The position numbers were made by a program, and so were the translations under genes. A stretch of DNA of 63,324 nt, the filler included, from Acidimicrobiia bacterium (GTDB lineage: Bacteria; Actinomycetota; Acidimicrobiia; Spongiisociales; CAZKJJ01): assembly GCA_046759765.1 (NCBI GenBank). It is 20 parts of 20 records of this genome, joined end to end, with 100 filler letters (N's around TTAATTAATTAA, not from the genome) between each part and the next. Parts side by side here need not be neighbours in the genome. Positions count along the whole stretch, not along the records: positions 39,089 to 42,081 come from JBHICV010000236.1; positions 42,182 to 45,153 come from JBHICV010000237.1; positions 45,254 to 48,221 come from JBHICV010000238.1; positions 48,322 to 51,256 come from JBHICV010000239.1; 16 more parts are not named here. One strand, given 5' to 3'. The notes beneath the pieces are model-generated. The model worked only from the letters and a program-made list of their open reading frames with translations. It was not told the DNA's origin and searched no databases. The stretch's first letter is position 1; each line of letters begins with the position of its first letter. Below, piece after piece: positions 39,592 to 50,070 of the stretch.

Positions 39592-39837
39592 TCAGGGTTC
39601 GAGGAAGATGCATTCGCCGGGACATTCCTCGGCGGATTCGATCGTGATGTCTTCCTGACCGACAGGCACTACGGCCAGGCCTTGTGAGCCTTGTGGGTTT
39701 CCTTCCGCCTCGGCGAAGATCTTGTCACCCTCGCGCACGTAGGCGAGCCCGTCGTCCAGGAGTACGAATACGTCCGGGGCAATCTCCTCACAGAGCCCGT
39801 CTCCGGTGCAAAGATCTTGATCTATCCAAACCCTCAT
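39592..39837 (-). CDS. Single-cluster ferredoxin (CxxDxxC..CP)
   Basis: DQDLCTGDGLCEEIAPDVF..EECPGECI. Confidence 0.93.
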   Translation of the reverse strand: MRVWIDQDLCTGDGLCEEIAPDVFVLLDDGLAYVREGDKIFAEAEGNPQGSQGLAVVPVGQEDITIESAEECPGECIFLEP

Positions 39838-39930
39838 CTCTCACCCGCTTTATGCCGCCGTATGGCCGAATATCCATCCCCGCTAATTCAGAGCTGGTCA
39901 GGCCGCCGAGTTGGTCTCACCTCACCCCAC

Positions 39931-39958
39931 AATTTACACTATAGTCGTAGTATTAATT
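39931..39958. promoter_or_regulatory. Palindromic operator AATTTACACTA-N6-TAGTATTAATT
   Basis: Both 11-nt arms are identical to 50001-50028, while the spacer and flanks differ. Confidence 0.75.
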
Positions 39959-40000
39959 GGTTATCGGAGTGACGGGCATCAAAGGTCTGAGACGGCAGCT

Positions 40001-41413
40001 ATGACTTCCAAGGTTGATATCGATCTCGGGGCATACGAGCTCGGCTGGCATGACGACGTCGATTACGTCTTCAAGCCCAAGAAGGGCCTCTCGGAGGAGA
40101 TCATCCGCGAGATGTCGCTGATGAAGGGCGAGCCCGACTGGATGCTCCAATTCCGGCTAAAGGCCTATCAGCGGTTCATGCGCAAGCCGATCCCGACCTG
40201 GGGAGGCGGCGGCAAGCTCACCGAGATCGACTTCGACAACATCTACTACTACATCAAGCCGACTGAGTCCCAGGCCAAGGACTGGGACATGGTCCCCGAC
40301 TCCATCAAGGACACCTACGAGAAGCTCGGGATCCCGGAGGCCGAGCGCAAGTTCCTGGCGGGCGTTACAGCTCAGTACGAGAGCGAGGTGGTGTACCACC
40401 GGAACCGGGAGGATCTGGAGGAGATGGGCGTCCTCTTCATGGACACCGACACCGCCGTCCGGGAGCATCCGGATCTGGTCAAGGAGTACTTCGGGACGGT
40501 GATCCCGCCCAACGACAACAAGTTCGCCGCCCTCAACTCGGCGGTTTGGAGCGGCGGGTCGTTCATCTACGTGCCGCCGGGCGTGCACGTCTCCCAGCCG
40601 CTCCAGGCTTATTTCCGGATCAACTCCGAGAACATGGGCCAATTCGAGCGGACTCTGATCATCGTCGACGAGGACGCCTACGTGCACTACGTCGAAGGAT
40701 GCAGCGCCCCCGTTTACACCACCGACTCGCTCCACTCGGCGGTGGTCGAGATCATCGTCAAGCCCGGGGCACGTTGCCGCTACACGACCATCCAGAACTG
40801 GTCAACCAACGTCTTCAACCTGGTCACCAAGCGGGCCGCGGCCTACCGCGACGCCACCATGGAGTGGATCGACGGCAATGTCGGATCACGACTGACCATG
40901 AAGTACCCAGCCGTCTGGCTGATGGAACCCGGCGCCCACGGCGAAGTCCTCTCCATCGCCTACGCCGGTGAGGGAATGCACCAGGACGCCGGCGCCAAGA
41001 TGGTCCACGCGGCTCCGAGGACCACCTCGACGATCGTTTCCAAATCGATCTCCCGGGCGGGAGGGCGAGCAGGGTATCGAGGTCTCGTGCGGGTCGAGCC
41101 GGGCGCCGAAGAAACCCGGTCCTTCGTCCGCTGCGATGCACTCATACTCGATGACGAGTCGCGGTCCGACACCTATCCGTACATGGAAATCGAGGAGTCT
41201 GATGCCCAGATCGGCCATGAGGCCACCGTCTCCAAGGTCGGTGAGGACCAGCTCTTCTACCTGATGAGTCGGGGTCTGTCCGAGGACGAAGCGACCTCGA
41301 TGATCGTGGCCGGCTTCATCGAGCCGATCGTCCGCGAGCTTCCCATGGAGTACGCAGTCGAGCTGAACCGGCTGGTGGAGCTAAACATGGCCGAAGCCGG
41401 AGCAGTCGGCTGA
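40001..41413 (+). CDS. sufB: Fe-S assembly protein SufB
   Basis: [51 protein letters not shown]. Confidence 0.97.
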   Translation: MTSKVDIDLGAYELGWHDDVDYVFKPKKGLSEEIIREMSLMKGEPDWMLQFRLKAYQRFMRKPIPTWGGGGKLTEIDFDNIYYYIKPTESQAKDWDMVPDSIKDTYEKLGIPEAERKFLAGVTAQYESEVVYHRNREDLEEMGVLFMDTDTAVREHPDLVKEYFGTVIPPNDNKFAALNSAVWSGGSFIYVPPGVHVSQPLQAYFRINSENMGQFERTLIIVDEDAYVHYVEGCSAPVYTTDSLHSAVVEIIVKPGARCRYTTIQNWSTNVFNLVTKRAAAYRDATMEWIDGNVGSRLTMKYPAVWLMEPGAHGEVLSIAYAGEGMHQDAGAKMVHAAPRTTSTIVSKSISRAGGRAGYRGLVRVEPGAEETRSFVRCDALILDDESRSDTYPYMEIEESDAQIGHEATVSKVGEDQLFYLMSRGLSEDEATSMIVAGFIEPIVRELPMEYAVELNRLVELNMAEAGAVG

Positions 41414-41421
41414 AGACAGCG

Positions 41422-41919
41422 ATGGGAGTGATCGAGCGGTTCGGCGTCCCCAAGCCGGTCAGCTGGCTGCTCAACTGGTCGCGAAAGTACTCCCTCTGGG
41501 TCTTTCAGTTCGGCCTCGCCTGCTGCGCCATTGAGATGATGGCGGCCTCCAGTCCCCGCTATGACTTCATGCGCTTCGGGGTGATCCCTTTCCCCGCTTC
41601 GCCCCGCCAGGCCGACCTGATGGTGGTGGCCGGAACCGTAACCGACAAGATGGCGCCGGCGATCCGTCGTCTCTACGACCAGATGCCCGATCCCAAGTAC
41701 GTGATCTCGATGGGATCGTGCAGCAACTGCGGGGGTCCTTACTGGGACTCATATTCGGTGACCAAAGGCGTTGACCAGGTGATACCAGTCGATGTCTACG
41801 TGCCCGGATGCCCTCCCCGCCCCGAAGCGTTGCTCGATGGCATCGTGCTGCTGCAGAGGAAAATCCAAGGTGAAGACGTTCGCGAGAAGTGGTCACAGCC
41901 ACAGCTGGAACCGGTGTGA
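41422..41919 (+). CDS. nuoB: NADH-quinone oxidoreductase subunit B-family protein
   Basis: [32 protein letters not shown]. Confidence 0.94.
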   Translation: MGVIERFGVPKPVSWLLNWSRKYSLWVFQFGLACCAIEMMAASSPRYDFMRFGVIPFPASPRQADLMVVAGTVTDKMAPAIRRLYDQMPDPKYVISMGSCSNCGGPYWDSYSVTKGVDQVIPVDVYVPGCPPRPEALLDGIVLLQRKIQGEDVREKWSQPQLEPV

Positions 41920-42181
41920 CGAAAAATTGATCGGAAGCTAAGGACAAGCGATGAGAGATTCGAACCGCGAGCCAAAGCGATCAGAGCGAAAAGCCCTGGA
42001 CTGTTGGATCCACGGAGTCGCTCATCTGGTCGCAGAGTTTGGTGAGAAGGAGGCCCTAAACCTTATGGCTCCGGTGGTTGTNNNNNNNNNNNNNNNNNNN
42101 NNNNNNNNNNNNNNNNNNNNNNNNNTTAATTAATTAANNNNNNNNNNNNNNNNNNNNNNNNNNNNNNNNNNNNNNNNNNNN

Positions 42182-42639
42182 AGGGGACCCACCGGGGCCT
42201 CTTCCTCGACGAGGTCATCCAACGCCTTGTCGGCCACCTCAGGCGGGATCAGGTCCTGATTGGTCAACCATTCGATGGCGCGCCCCCGCATCCTCCGGTC
42301 GTGAAAGGCGAACCATTCCTGTCGCAACTCCGGGAATTCGAACAGGGTGTCCTTGAAGCGACGAAATGCGCCACGACCCTGCAACGCCCGAATCAGCAAG
42401 TCGGCTGCCCGGCCGTCACGAACCAAGGCCGTGAAGTCCACCATGTCCTGGTAGGCATCGCTCGAGTCGACCGGCTCCACGAACACGAGATTCCGCGACT
42501 CGAACTCCTCGGGGTCATCGTCAACCGAGCAGTACTCCAGCGAACCCGTCACAGGATCGAGCCACCACGACGACTCGTAGGAATGGTCCTCGAGCGCCAG
42601 GACCAAGTCTTCCAGATCGATGGACGATAGGTCGAGCAT
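42182..42639 (-). CDS. UPF0158 family protein (3' partial)
   Basis: AYQDMVDF..ALQGRGAFRRFKDTL..EWFAF..AIEWL; AAGGAG RBS. Confidence 0.85.
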
Positions 42640-42779
42640 CATCATCTCCTTTATCTCGCTCGACACCTGCAGCTTACCCCAGTCTGCTCGACCCACACGC
42701 CTCCGTGCCGGTATGGGGTGCCAGGGCCGAGAAGCTGAGGCGCTGATATCTAGTGGTCTGTGTGCCTGGATGTGGAGCG

Positions 42780-43285
42780 CTACGACGCTACTGCCAGGAC
42801 CTGCCACTCGTCGGGGATATCCTTGAGGCGGTCGGCTCCTCGATCCTCGAAACGGATGCCAGAGCCTGCGACGAGATCGCGCACCGTCCCCGTTACCAGT
42901 CCCTCGCCGGGTCCGGCCAAAGCGGCGACCCGGGCCGCGATGTTCACCGCCATGCCTGCTACGTCCTCGCCCCGCCTCTCTGTCTCGCCGGTGTGGAGGC
43001 CAGCGCGCAGCTCCAAACCCAGGTTCCGGGCATCCTCTAGGAGGGCGAGGGCGGCGGCGATGGCGCGGCCCGGTCCATCGAAGGTGGCGAGAATCCCGTC
43101 GCCTGTGTTCTTCACCCATCTGCCACTGTGGCGGACAACCTGCGCTTGGGCGACTCGGTCGTGTGCATGGAGGACCTCCGACCATCTTCGGTCGCCCAAC
43201 TCGCCAGCTTTGACCGTCGAGTCGACGATGTCGGTGAACATCACCGTGGCCAGGACTTGGTCCGCAGGTGGTGCCGGGATGTGAG
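42780..43285 (-). pseudogene. Class III adenylate/guanylate cyclase domain (LipJ-like) lacking its N-terminal part
   Basis: LATVMFTDIVDST, KNTGDG, RAGLHTGE, AVNIAARV; no convincing start or RBS. Confidence 0.7.
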
Positions 43286-43509
43286 GGAAATACAGGGGGT
43301 TTCGAAGGGTCTGGCACCTGGCCAGAAATGGCCTCTGAGCAGGGAGTCTGCCTTTCATCGATGTTCGTCGATTTGAACTGTTCCGTGACAAAACGCGTCC
43401 TATTCGCGTCCTGGGATCCGGCACCCGATGATCGCTTCGGGAGCTTCGGCTTTGGCGAAGGGCCGGATGCTCGCCGTCCTTCGGTGACGGTCCGGGGCAG
43501 AATGATGGT

Positions 43510-43896
43510 GTGACCCAAGACGAATTCGAGCTCATCACCACCGATCCGGCCATCTGCCACGGTCAGCCCACGATCGCTGGCACGAAGGTGCTGGTGAGCG
43601 TCGTCTCGGACTGCATGACAGCTGGCATGACTATCGAAGAGATCCTCGCCGAGTACCCATCCCCGACGGAAGAGGGGATCCGAGCTGCGGCCGCTTACGG
43701 CGCCGCGCTGGCGCGGGAAGAGCTGGTGGAGCGGGTGGGTTGCCCGGGCGTTCTCGGTCCTGAACCGGTTAAAGCAACCACGACCGGCCTCGAAGCTTCG
43801 ACTCCACCGAGCGGCCTGCGGCCGCCTGTCCGTTACTTGTGGCCTGTGGCCTGTTACCGCAGCGGCGCCGCTGGCGAGTACGGTCCAGCCCGGTGA
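43510..43896 (+). CDS. DUF433 antitoxin-like protein with aberrant C-terminal extension
   Basis: ITTDPAICHGQPTIAGT..GMTIEEILAEYP..IRAAAAY. Confidence 0.75.
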   Translation: MTQDEFELITTDPAICHGQPTIAGTKVLVSVVSDCMTAGMTIEEILAEYPSPTEEGIRAAAAYGAALAREELVERVGCPGVLGPEPVKATTTGLEASTPPSGLRPPVRYLWPVACYRSGAAGEYGPAR

Positions 43897-43945
43897 CGGT
43901 ATCGAAGCATCGACAACTGGTTTCCCGGACCTTCGCCTCCGTCCC

Positions 43946-45153
43946 ATGAGTGCCTCCGACCGGATCGACCTCCTCAGACGCCTCTACGGCGACGTCGCAG
44001 AACGGGTGGCCGTACAGGTGGAGGATCTGGTAACCCGCCATCGCCGCCAGGCCGCAGCGGCAGCGCAGTGGGACGAGACCGACGCCTGGCTCATCACATA
44101 CGCCGACCAGTTCCGAGAACCGCACACCCCGCCGCTCCAGACCCTGCGACGATTCATGACCCGCCACACGCCGTGGCTCACCGGTGTCCACGTCCTTCCC
44201 TTCTACCCATGGTCGAGCGACGACGGCTTCAGCGTCACCGACTACGCCAGCGTCGATCCTCGCTACGGCACATGGGACGACATCGAAGCCCTGGCGGCAG
44301 AACGTCGTCTCGTCGTCGACGCAGTGATCAACCACATGTCGGCACAGGGGGAGTGGTTTCGGAGATTCCTCGACGGCGGGGCTGAGTTCGCCGGGTTCTT
44401 CCGTACTGCCGATCCCTCAGCCGACCTCGGTGGCGTGGTCCGGCCCAGGACCACGCCGCTGCTCACCAGGTTCGACGGGGCCAGCGGGGAGCATTGGGTG
44501 TGGACCACGTTCTCCGCCGACCAAGTAGATCTCGACTATCGCAATCCCAGAGTCCTGCTGCGGATGCTCGACGTCCTACTGGGATATGCAAACCATGGAG
44601 CCGCTTGTCTACGTCTCGACGCCGTTGGATTCCTGTGGAAGGAGGAGGGCACCACCTCCACCCATCTCCCTCAAACCCATTGGGTGATCCAGCTGCTCCG
44701 CAGTTGCTTTGACGACACCTACTCCAACGTGTTGCTGCTCACCGAGGTGCACCTTCCCCATGCCGAGAACATGGCCTACTTCGGCGACGGCACCCGTTCT
44801 GAGGCCCAGCTTGTCTACCAGTTCGCCTTGCCTCCACTAGTACTGCACGCCGTCGGCATGAAGGACGCCTCGCCTCTCGTCCGCTGGGTAGCGTCGCTGG
44901 AGCCCCCGCCGAAAGGGACGACCTTCGTCAACTTCCTGGCTTCCCACGACGGCGTCGGAGTTCGCGCCGCTGAAGGCCTGATAGCGCCCGAGGCCATCGA
45001 TGCCCTCGCAGAGCGCTGCCGGGCGGCACGGGGTGAGGTGGGCATGCGCACCCTCCCGAACGGTTTGGAGGCTCCCTACGAGCTCAACTGCACCTGGTTC
45101 GATCTGGTAGGCCTCGGCTGCGACGAGGACGAAGCCGTGGCTCGGCACCTGGC
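43946..45153 (+). CDS. GH13_18 sugar phosphorylase (sucrose/glucosylglycerate phosphorylase-like), 3' partial
   Basis: LITYAD, VHVLPFYPWSSDDGF, WTTFSADQVDL, RLDAVGFLWK, FLASHDGVG, YELN. Confidence 0.9.
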
Positions 45154-45279
45154 NNNNNNNNNNNNNNNNNNNNNNNNNNNNNNNNNNNNNNNNNNNNTTA
45201 ATTAATTAANNNNNNNNNNNNNNNNNNNNNNNNNNNNNNNNNNNNNNNNNNNNTTTTTCACGGTACAGAGGCTGCGGCC

Positions 45280-48012
45280 ATGTCCCTCAATCCCGGCACC
45301 AAGCTGGGTCCCTATGAAATCCTGGCACCTCTCGGTGCAGGTGGCATGGGAGAGGTCTACCGCGCCAGGGACACGAAGCTTGGCCGTGAAGTCGCCATCA
45401 AAGTCCTGCCCGAAGCCTTCGCCCAGAACGAGGAACGCCTAGCCCGCTTCGAGCGAGAGGCCCGGCTCCTCGCATCACTGAATCATCCCAACATCGCCCA
45501 GATCCATGGCCTAGAGGAAAGCGCCGGTATTCGTGCGCTGGTGCTGGAGTTGGTCGAAGGGCCGACGCTGGCTGATCGCATCGCTGACGGTCCGATCCCA
45601 CTCGACGAAGCCCTGCCCATCGCCCGGCAGATCGCCGAAGCCCTGGAAGCCGCACACGAAGCAGGTGTCATCCACCGCGATCTGAAACCAGCCAACGTAA
45701 AGGTTAGAGAAGACGGCGCGGTGAAGGTGCTGGACTTCGGCCTGGCGAAGGTACTCCAGCATGAGCCCGAAGGAGATCCATCGGAGTCTCCGACGCTCAC
45801 GGGGGCCGCCACCAAGATGGGCGTGATCATGGGCACGGCGGCGTATATGTCTCCAGAGCAAGCCAAGGGCAAGCCGGTGGACCGACGCGCTGATATTTGG
45901 GCGTTCGCGGTGGTGCTCTACGAGATGTTGACTGGCATGAGGTTGTTCGCAGGCGACGATGTGTCCGACACTCTCGCGCTCGTGCTGACGAAGGAGGTTG
46001 ATTGGACGGCCCTGCCTAAGAACACCCCAGCGTCTCTCCGACACCTACTGCGACGCTGCTTGGAGCGAGATCCGAAGCAGCGGCTCCGAGACATTGGCGA
46101 GGCACGCATTGGAATCGACTTAGTCCTCAGATCGCCTGCCGGTGAACCCGCGCTAGAGACGTCGATCCCCGCTCAAAGGGCTAGTTGGCGACGGGCGGTA
46201 GCGATGGCCGCAGCTCTCGGCTTGGTGGCCGGGCTGGCCCTCGCCGGGGTTGTTTTTTGGGGCCGATCCAGTTCCGTGCCGTCACCCATTTCACGTTTCT
46301 CGATTGCGTTGCCGTTGGAGGCGACGAACACCACCATCTTCAACACCCACCCCACCTCGCTCTTGACGATCTCCCCCGATGGCTCGCACGTGGTACTCGT
46401 TGGCGGCCCATCTGAGTCGCTGTATAGCCGTGCGCTCGATGACCTCGAGCTGCGAAGAATCCCCGGGACCGAGGGCGCGAGGAACCCTTTCTTTTCGCCG
46501 GACGGGGAATCCGTAGCTTTCTTTACCTGGACCGGGGAGCTGAAGACGGTCTCGATAGAAGCGGATAGCCAACCCCAGACACTGCTACGAGGCATCTCGC
46601 TGGGCGCCTGGGCGTTCGGCAGCTGGGGGGACAATGACAGGATCGTCTTTTCTACTAGTGGCTCGGGCCTCCTTATCGTCTCGGCGGGCAATAGCAGCGT
46701 ACAAACCCTAACCGCGCCCACGGGCGAGGCCCACAACACGCCGCAGCTGCTGCCCGGATCCGAGGCGGTGCTGTTTTATGCCCAGCGAGCAGAGACCACA
46801 ACGATCAAGGTCCTAGGGCTCGACGAGAGCGAATCGATGCCGACCACGCTACTCGAGGACGCCAGCCACCCCCGTTACCTGGCTTCTGGGCACCTCCTCT
46901 TCGTGCGCGATGGTGGGCTGCTGGCTGTCGCTTTCGATCCGGTGGGGCTCGAGATTATCGGCTCCCCGGTCTCGATTCCCCTTGCCGTGACCTTCGATGC
47001 AGTCCGAGCCAACGATCCGGTGCCGCAGCTAGCCGTCTCACGCAACGGGACCCTCGTCTACGCTCCGGCCAAGGGAAAGCGGAGCCAGGAAAGCGAGTTG
47101 GTGTGGGTCGACCGCAACGGCAACATAGAAGTGATCGGCCAGGTCCCCTTGGGTCCCCCTTTTCTGCAACTCTCGAGCGACAACACACGACTGGCTTTGG
47201 AGTCCAGAGTGGGGCCAGAGGTTCATATCTCGATCTATGACATGGCCCGAGGCGTCATCGACACCCTGGTCACGAAGAAGAAGGAGCGGTACGTGGGCAT
47301 GCCAGTTTGGTTGCCACCCGACGACAACGACGTCGTCTTCTCTCATCCTGGCATCGTTGATGGCGTGATGGTCTCGAAGGGGGTGGACGGCAACGCATCC
47401 GAGGTGAAGTTGTTCGATGCCACCGGCGGTTGGCTGTATCCGTTCTCCTTCTCGAACGACGGGAAGCTCCTCGCCTACAATCTGTTCCGAAGCGAAACCT
47501 CGGGCGACATCGAGGTGTTCGAGCTCGGTGAGAACCAGGGTGAGGGACGAGTCAGATCTTTCCTTGCAACTCCCGCGGATGAGAACAGTCCGGCCTTCTC
47601 CCCCGACGGCCACTGGATCGCGTACGTCTCCAACGTGGACGGAACCTTCCAGGTCTACGTAAGCCGCTATCCATCCGGAGAGAACACCAGGCGAATCTCG
47701 CCCACTGGCGAAAACATTCGTGGACCGCTTTGGTCGCGGGACGGCAAGGAGGTCTTCTACCAGACCGAGCAGGGAAGGAAGCTCTGGGTGGTTCCCGTCG
47801 TGACAGAGCCCGAATTGGCCATCGGGGATGCGCAGATGCTCTTCGAAGGATCGTTCCTAGGTAGCGGCGACTCCGGGCACAGCTACGATGTGTCGCGCGA
47901 CGGCCAGCGCTTCTTGATGGTGCGTGTCGACGAGCAAGACCGGCGAGTCTCAGAGTTAGTCGTTGTGCAGAACTGGTTCGAGGAGTTGAAACAGCGCGTG
48001 CCGGTGAACTGA
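45280..48012 (+). CDS. Ser/Thr protein kinase with TM helix and TolB-like propeller
   Basis: GAGGMGEVY, HRDLKPAN, DFGLA, YMSPE; PD40-like repeats; terminal VVQNWFEELK. Confidence 0.95.
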   Translation: MSLNPGTKLGPYEILAPLGAGGMGEVYRARDTKLGREVAIKVLPEAFAQNEERLARFEREARLLASLNHPNIAQIHGLEESAGIRALVLELVEGPTLADRIADGPIPLDEALPIARQIAEALEAAHEAGVIHRDLKPANVKVREDGAVKVLDFGLAKVLQHEPEGDPSESPTLTGAATKMGVIMGTAAYMSPEQAKGKPVDRRADIWAFAVVLYEMLTGMRLFAGDDVSDTLALVLTKEVDWTALPKNTPASLRHLLRRCLERDPKQRLRDIGEARIGIDLVLRSPAGEPALETSIPAQRASWRRAVAMAAALGLVAGLALAGVVFWGRSSSVPSPISRFSIALPLEATNTTIFNTHPTSLLTISPDGSHVVLVGGPSESLYSRALDDLELRRIPGTEGARNPFFSPDGESVAFFTWTGELKTVSIEADSQPQTLLRGISLGAWAFGSWGDNDRIVFSTSGSGLLIVSAGNSSVQTLTAPTGEAHNTPQLLPGSEAVLFYAQRAETTTIKVLGLDESESMPTTLLEDASHPRYLASGHLLFVRDGGLLAVAFDPVGLEIIGSPVSIPLAVTFDAVRANDPVPQLAVSRNGTLVYAPAKGKRSQESELVWVDRNGNIEVIGQVPLGPPFLQLSSDNTRLALESRVGPEVHISIYDMARGVIDTLVTKKKERYVGMPVWLPPDDNDVVFSHPGIVDGVMVSKGVDGNASEVKLFDATGGWLYPFSFSNDGKLLAYNLFRSETSGDIEVFELGENQGEGRVRSFLATPADENSPAFSPDGHWIAYVSNVDGTFQVYVSRYPSGENTRRISPTGENIRGPLWSRDGKEVFYQTEQGRKLWVVPVVTEPELAIGDAQMLFEGSFLGSGDSGHSYDVSRDGQRFLMVRVDEQDRRVSELVVVQNWFEELKQRVPVN

Positions 48013-48019
48013 TGACTTT

Positions 48020-48102
48020 GACCCACGTTCTCGAAAGGCGAGGGCTCGTGGGTTGTCTCGATGTTGGAGAAGGGAGAGGTGGTCCGTATCCAGTATGATC
48101 AC
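48020..48102 (-). pseudogene. Truncated PIN/VapC toxin
   Basis: MIILDTDHLSLLQ start, GTGA-coupled to the upstream gene; similarity lost after about 25 aa. Confidence 0.6.
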
Positions 48103-48221
48103 GAATCGGTTTGCTTCCGGTCCTCCTCGCGGATGCGACGGCCCTCCTCGATGATCTCTTTCATGATCTCGTCACCGTCGAACATCCCAACGGTGCGACG
48201 CCAGTCTTTTCCTCTTGCTCG
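48099..48221 (-). CDS. Putative antitoxin, C-terminal part
   Basis: KDWRRTVGMFDGDEIMKEIIEEGRRIREED, directly upstream of the PIN fragment. Confidence 0.55.
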   Translation of the reverse strand, partial: RARGKDWRRTVGMFDGDEIMKEIIEEGRRIREEDRKQTDS

Positions 48222-48652
48222 NNNNNNNNNNNNNNNNNNNNNNNNNNNNNNNNNNNNNNNNNNNNTTAATTAATTAANNNNNNNNNNNNNNNNNNNNNNN
48301 NNNNNNNNNNNNNNNNNNNNNCGTCTACACGAGAACAGGTTGGCCCCGGCGGAGCTGGCCTCGTCAGCCGCTCAGAATGCCTGCGATTTCAGGGGATCGT
48401 TGCATCACCTTCGGCGAGAGTGAGGTGTCTCGCAGGAGGTGTGTGGTGCGACGGTTGTCGGAGTCGGAGAAGGGTGAGATCTGGGACCGGCAGTGCCAAT
48501 TCCGTCTGGGATGGCTGTCGTTCTGAGCGAGGAGCCTCGAAACTCTGTAGTCCTGGATCTCCGTGTTGTGAAAAGGTCAAGCTCGCGCGGCTTGGGCCTC
48601 AGCTACTGGTGGGCTTAGCGCTACGCAGCGGTAGTGCGGTGAGGTTCGAGGG

Positions 48653-49630
48653 TTACAGGAGATCGGCTTCGCGGAGGCCGAAGGAGGGATGGCGGAGGCG
48701 GCAGAGGGCGAGTTTTTCGAGTTGATGGATGCGTTCGGGGGTGACTCCGAACTGCTCGCCGATTTGGCCGAGGAGGTGGGGGATGCCGTCGTGGAATCCG
48801 TAGCGAAGGGCAAGGATTCTTCGTTCTCGCTCGGGCAGGCGACCGATGGCTTGTCGTAGCCTTTGGGAGATTTCGGCGACTCCGGCTTCGGTGGCCGGGT
48901 CGGTGGCGTCCTGGTCTTCGACCAAGTCGCCGAGGTAGGCGCCGTCTTCACCGACCGGCAGATCGAGGGAGACGGTGTCGGCGACTTGGAGGGCTAGCTC
49001 GACCTTGTCGACGGCTAGCCCGGATTGGTCGGCGATCTGCTCGGGGGTGGGGTCCTGTCCAGTAGCGGCCTCGATGCTGGCCTGGGTGGCTCGCACGGTT
49101 GCCAAGGCGTGGTAGAGGGGGACGGGTAGTCGGACGGTGCGGGACTTATCGGCGATGGCGTGGGTGATGGCTTGGCGGATCCACCACGTCGCGTAGGTGG
49201 AGAACTTGAAGCCTCTGTGCCAGTCGAACTTCTCGACCGCCCGGACCAGCCCGAGGTTGCCTTCCTGGATGAGGTCGAGCAGGTCGAGGTTGCAGCCGGT
49301 GCTGTACTTGCGGGCGTTGGCCACCACCAGCCGCAGGTTGGCGACCAGGAAGGCGTCTTTGGCCTCCCGGCCTCGGCACGCCAAGCGCTCGAGCTCCACT
49401 TTCTCTACTTCGGTCTGATACTGACGATTGTCGAGGCGCTGCTGGGCGTCTACGCCAGCTTCCATGGCCTGGGCGAGTTCGGCCTCGTCGGCGGCGGTCA
49501 GTAGCTCGTGGCGGGAGATCTCGACGAGGTATTGGCTCACCAGGTCGGTCCTCAGCGGTTGACGGTTGGCACGCAGAGACGCACCTCGGGAACCCGCGGG
49601 CGGAGGGGGGCGGGCGGTAACCGAGGTCAT
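48653..49630 (-). CDS. Sigma-70 factor, RpoD/SigA family without region 1.1
   Basis: Regions 1.2, 2 ([14 protein letters not shown]), 3 (VSLDLPVGE) and 4 (GVTPERIHQLE..RLRHP) are all present. Confidence 0.94.
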   Translation of the reverse strand: MTSVTARPPPPAGSRGASLRANRQPLRTDLVSQYLVEISRHELLTAADEAELAQAMEAGVDAQQRLDNRQYQTEVEKVELERLACRGREAKDAFLVANLRLVVANARKYSTGCNLDLLDLIQEGNLGLVRAVEKFDWHRGFKFSTYATWWIRQAITHAIADKSRTVRLPVPLYHALATVRATQASIEAATGQDPTPEQIADQSGLAVDKVELALQVADTVSLDLPVGEDGAYLGDLVEDQDATDPATEAGVAEISQRLRQAIGRLPERERRILALRYGFHDGIPHLLGQIGEQFGVTPERIHQLEKLALCRLRHPSFGLREADLL

Positions 49631-49660
49631 AGCTGCTGGATTCACCTGCTCGCTGGTGGC

Positions 49661-49906
49661 TTATGGTTCGATGAAGATGCACTCGCCGGGACATTCCTCG
49701 GCGGACTCGATGGTGATGTCCTCCTGGCCGGCCGGGACGACGGCCAAGCCCTGGGCGCCTTGGGGGTTGCCTTCAGCTTCGGCGTAGATCTTGTCTCCCT
49801 CCCGCACGTAATACAGACCATCGTCTCCGCCGACGAACACGTCGGGAGCGATCTCCTCACAGAGCCCGTCGCCGGTGCACAAATCCTGATCGATCCAAAC
49901 CCTCAT
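49661..49906 (-). CDS. Single-cluster ferredoxin
   Basis: 74/81 residues identical to 39592-39837. Confidence 0.93.
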   Translation of the reverse strand: MRVWIDQDLCTGDGLCEEIAPDVFVGGDDGLYYVREGDKIYAEAEGNPQGAQGLAVVPAGQEDITIESAEECPGECIFIEP

Positions 49907-50000
49907 CTCTCACCCGCTTATGCCGACCCGTGGCCCGATAGCTGTCCGTGCGACCTCAGAGCTGGCCTTCAAGCCGCGTGATTGGTCTCGTCCAGCACCC

Positions 50001-50028
50001 AATTTACACTACGGTTGTAGTATTAATT
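50001..50028. promoter_or_regulatory. Palindromic operator AATTTACACTA-N6-TAGTATTAATT (second copy)
   Basis: Arms identical to 39931-39958. Confidence 0.75.
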
Positions 50029-50070
50029 AATTGAGAGAGACGAAGCCTCGAGGGGGAGAGGACGGCAGGC

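Noticed and set aside
42130..43947. 605-aa ORF as one protein
   Set aside because: Only the last ~150 aa (UPF0158, with its own RBS at about 42646) are coding; the rest overlaps other genes out of frame.
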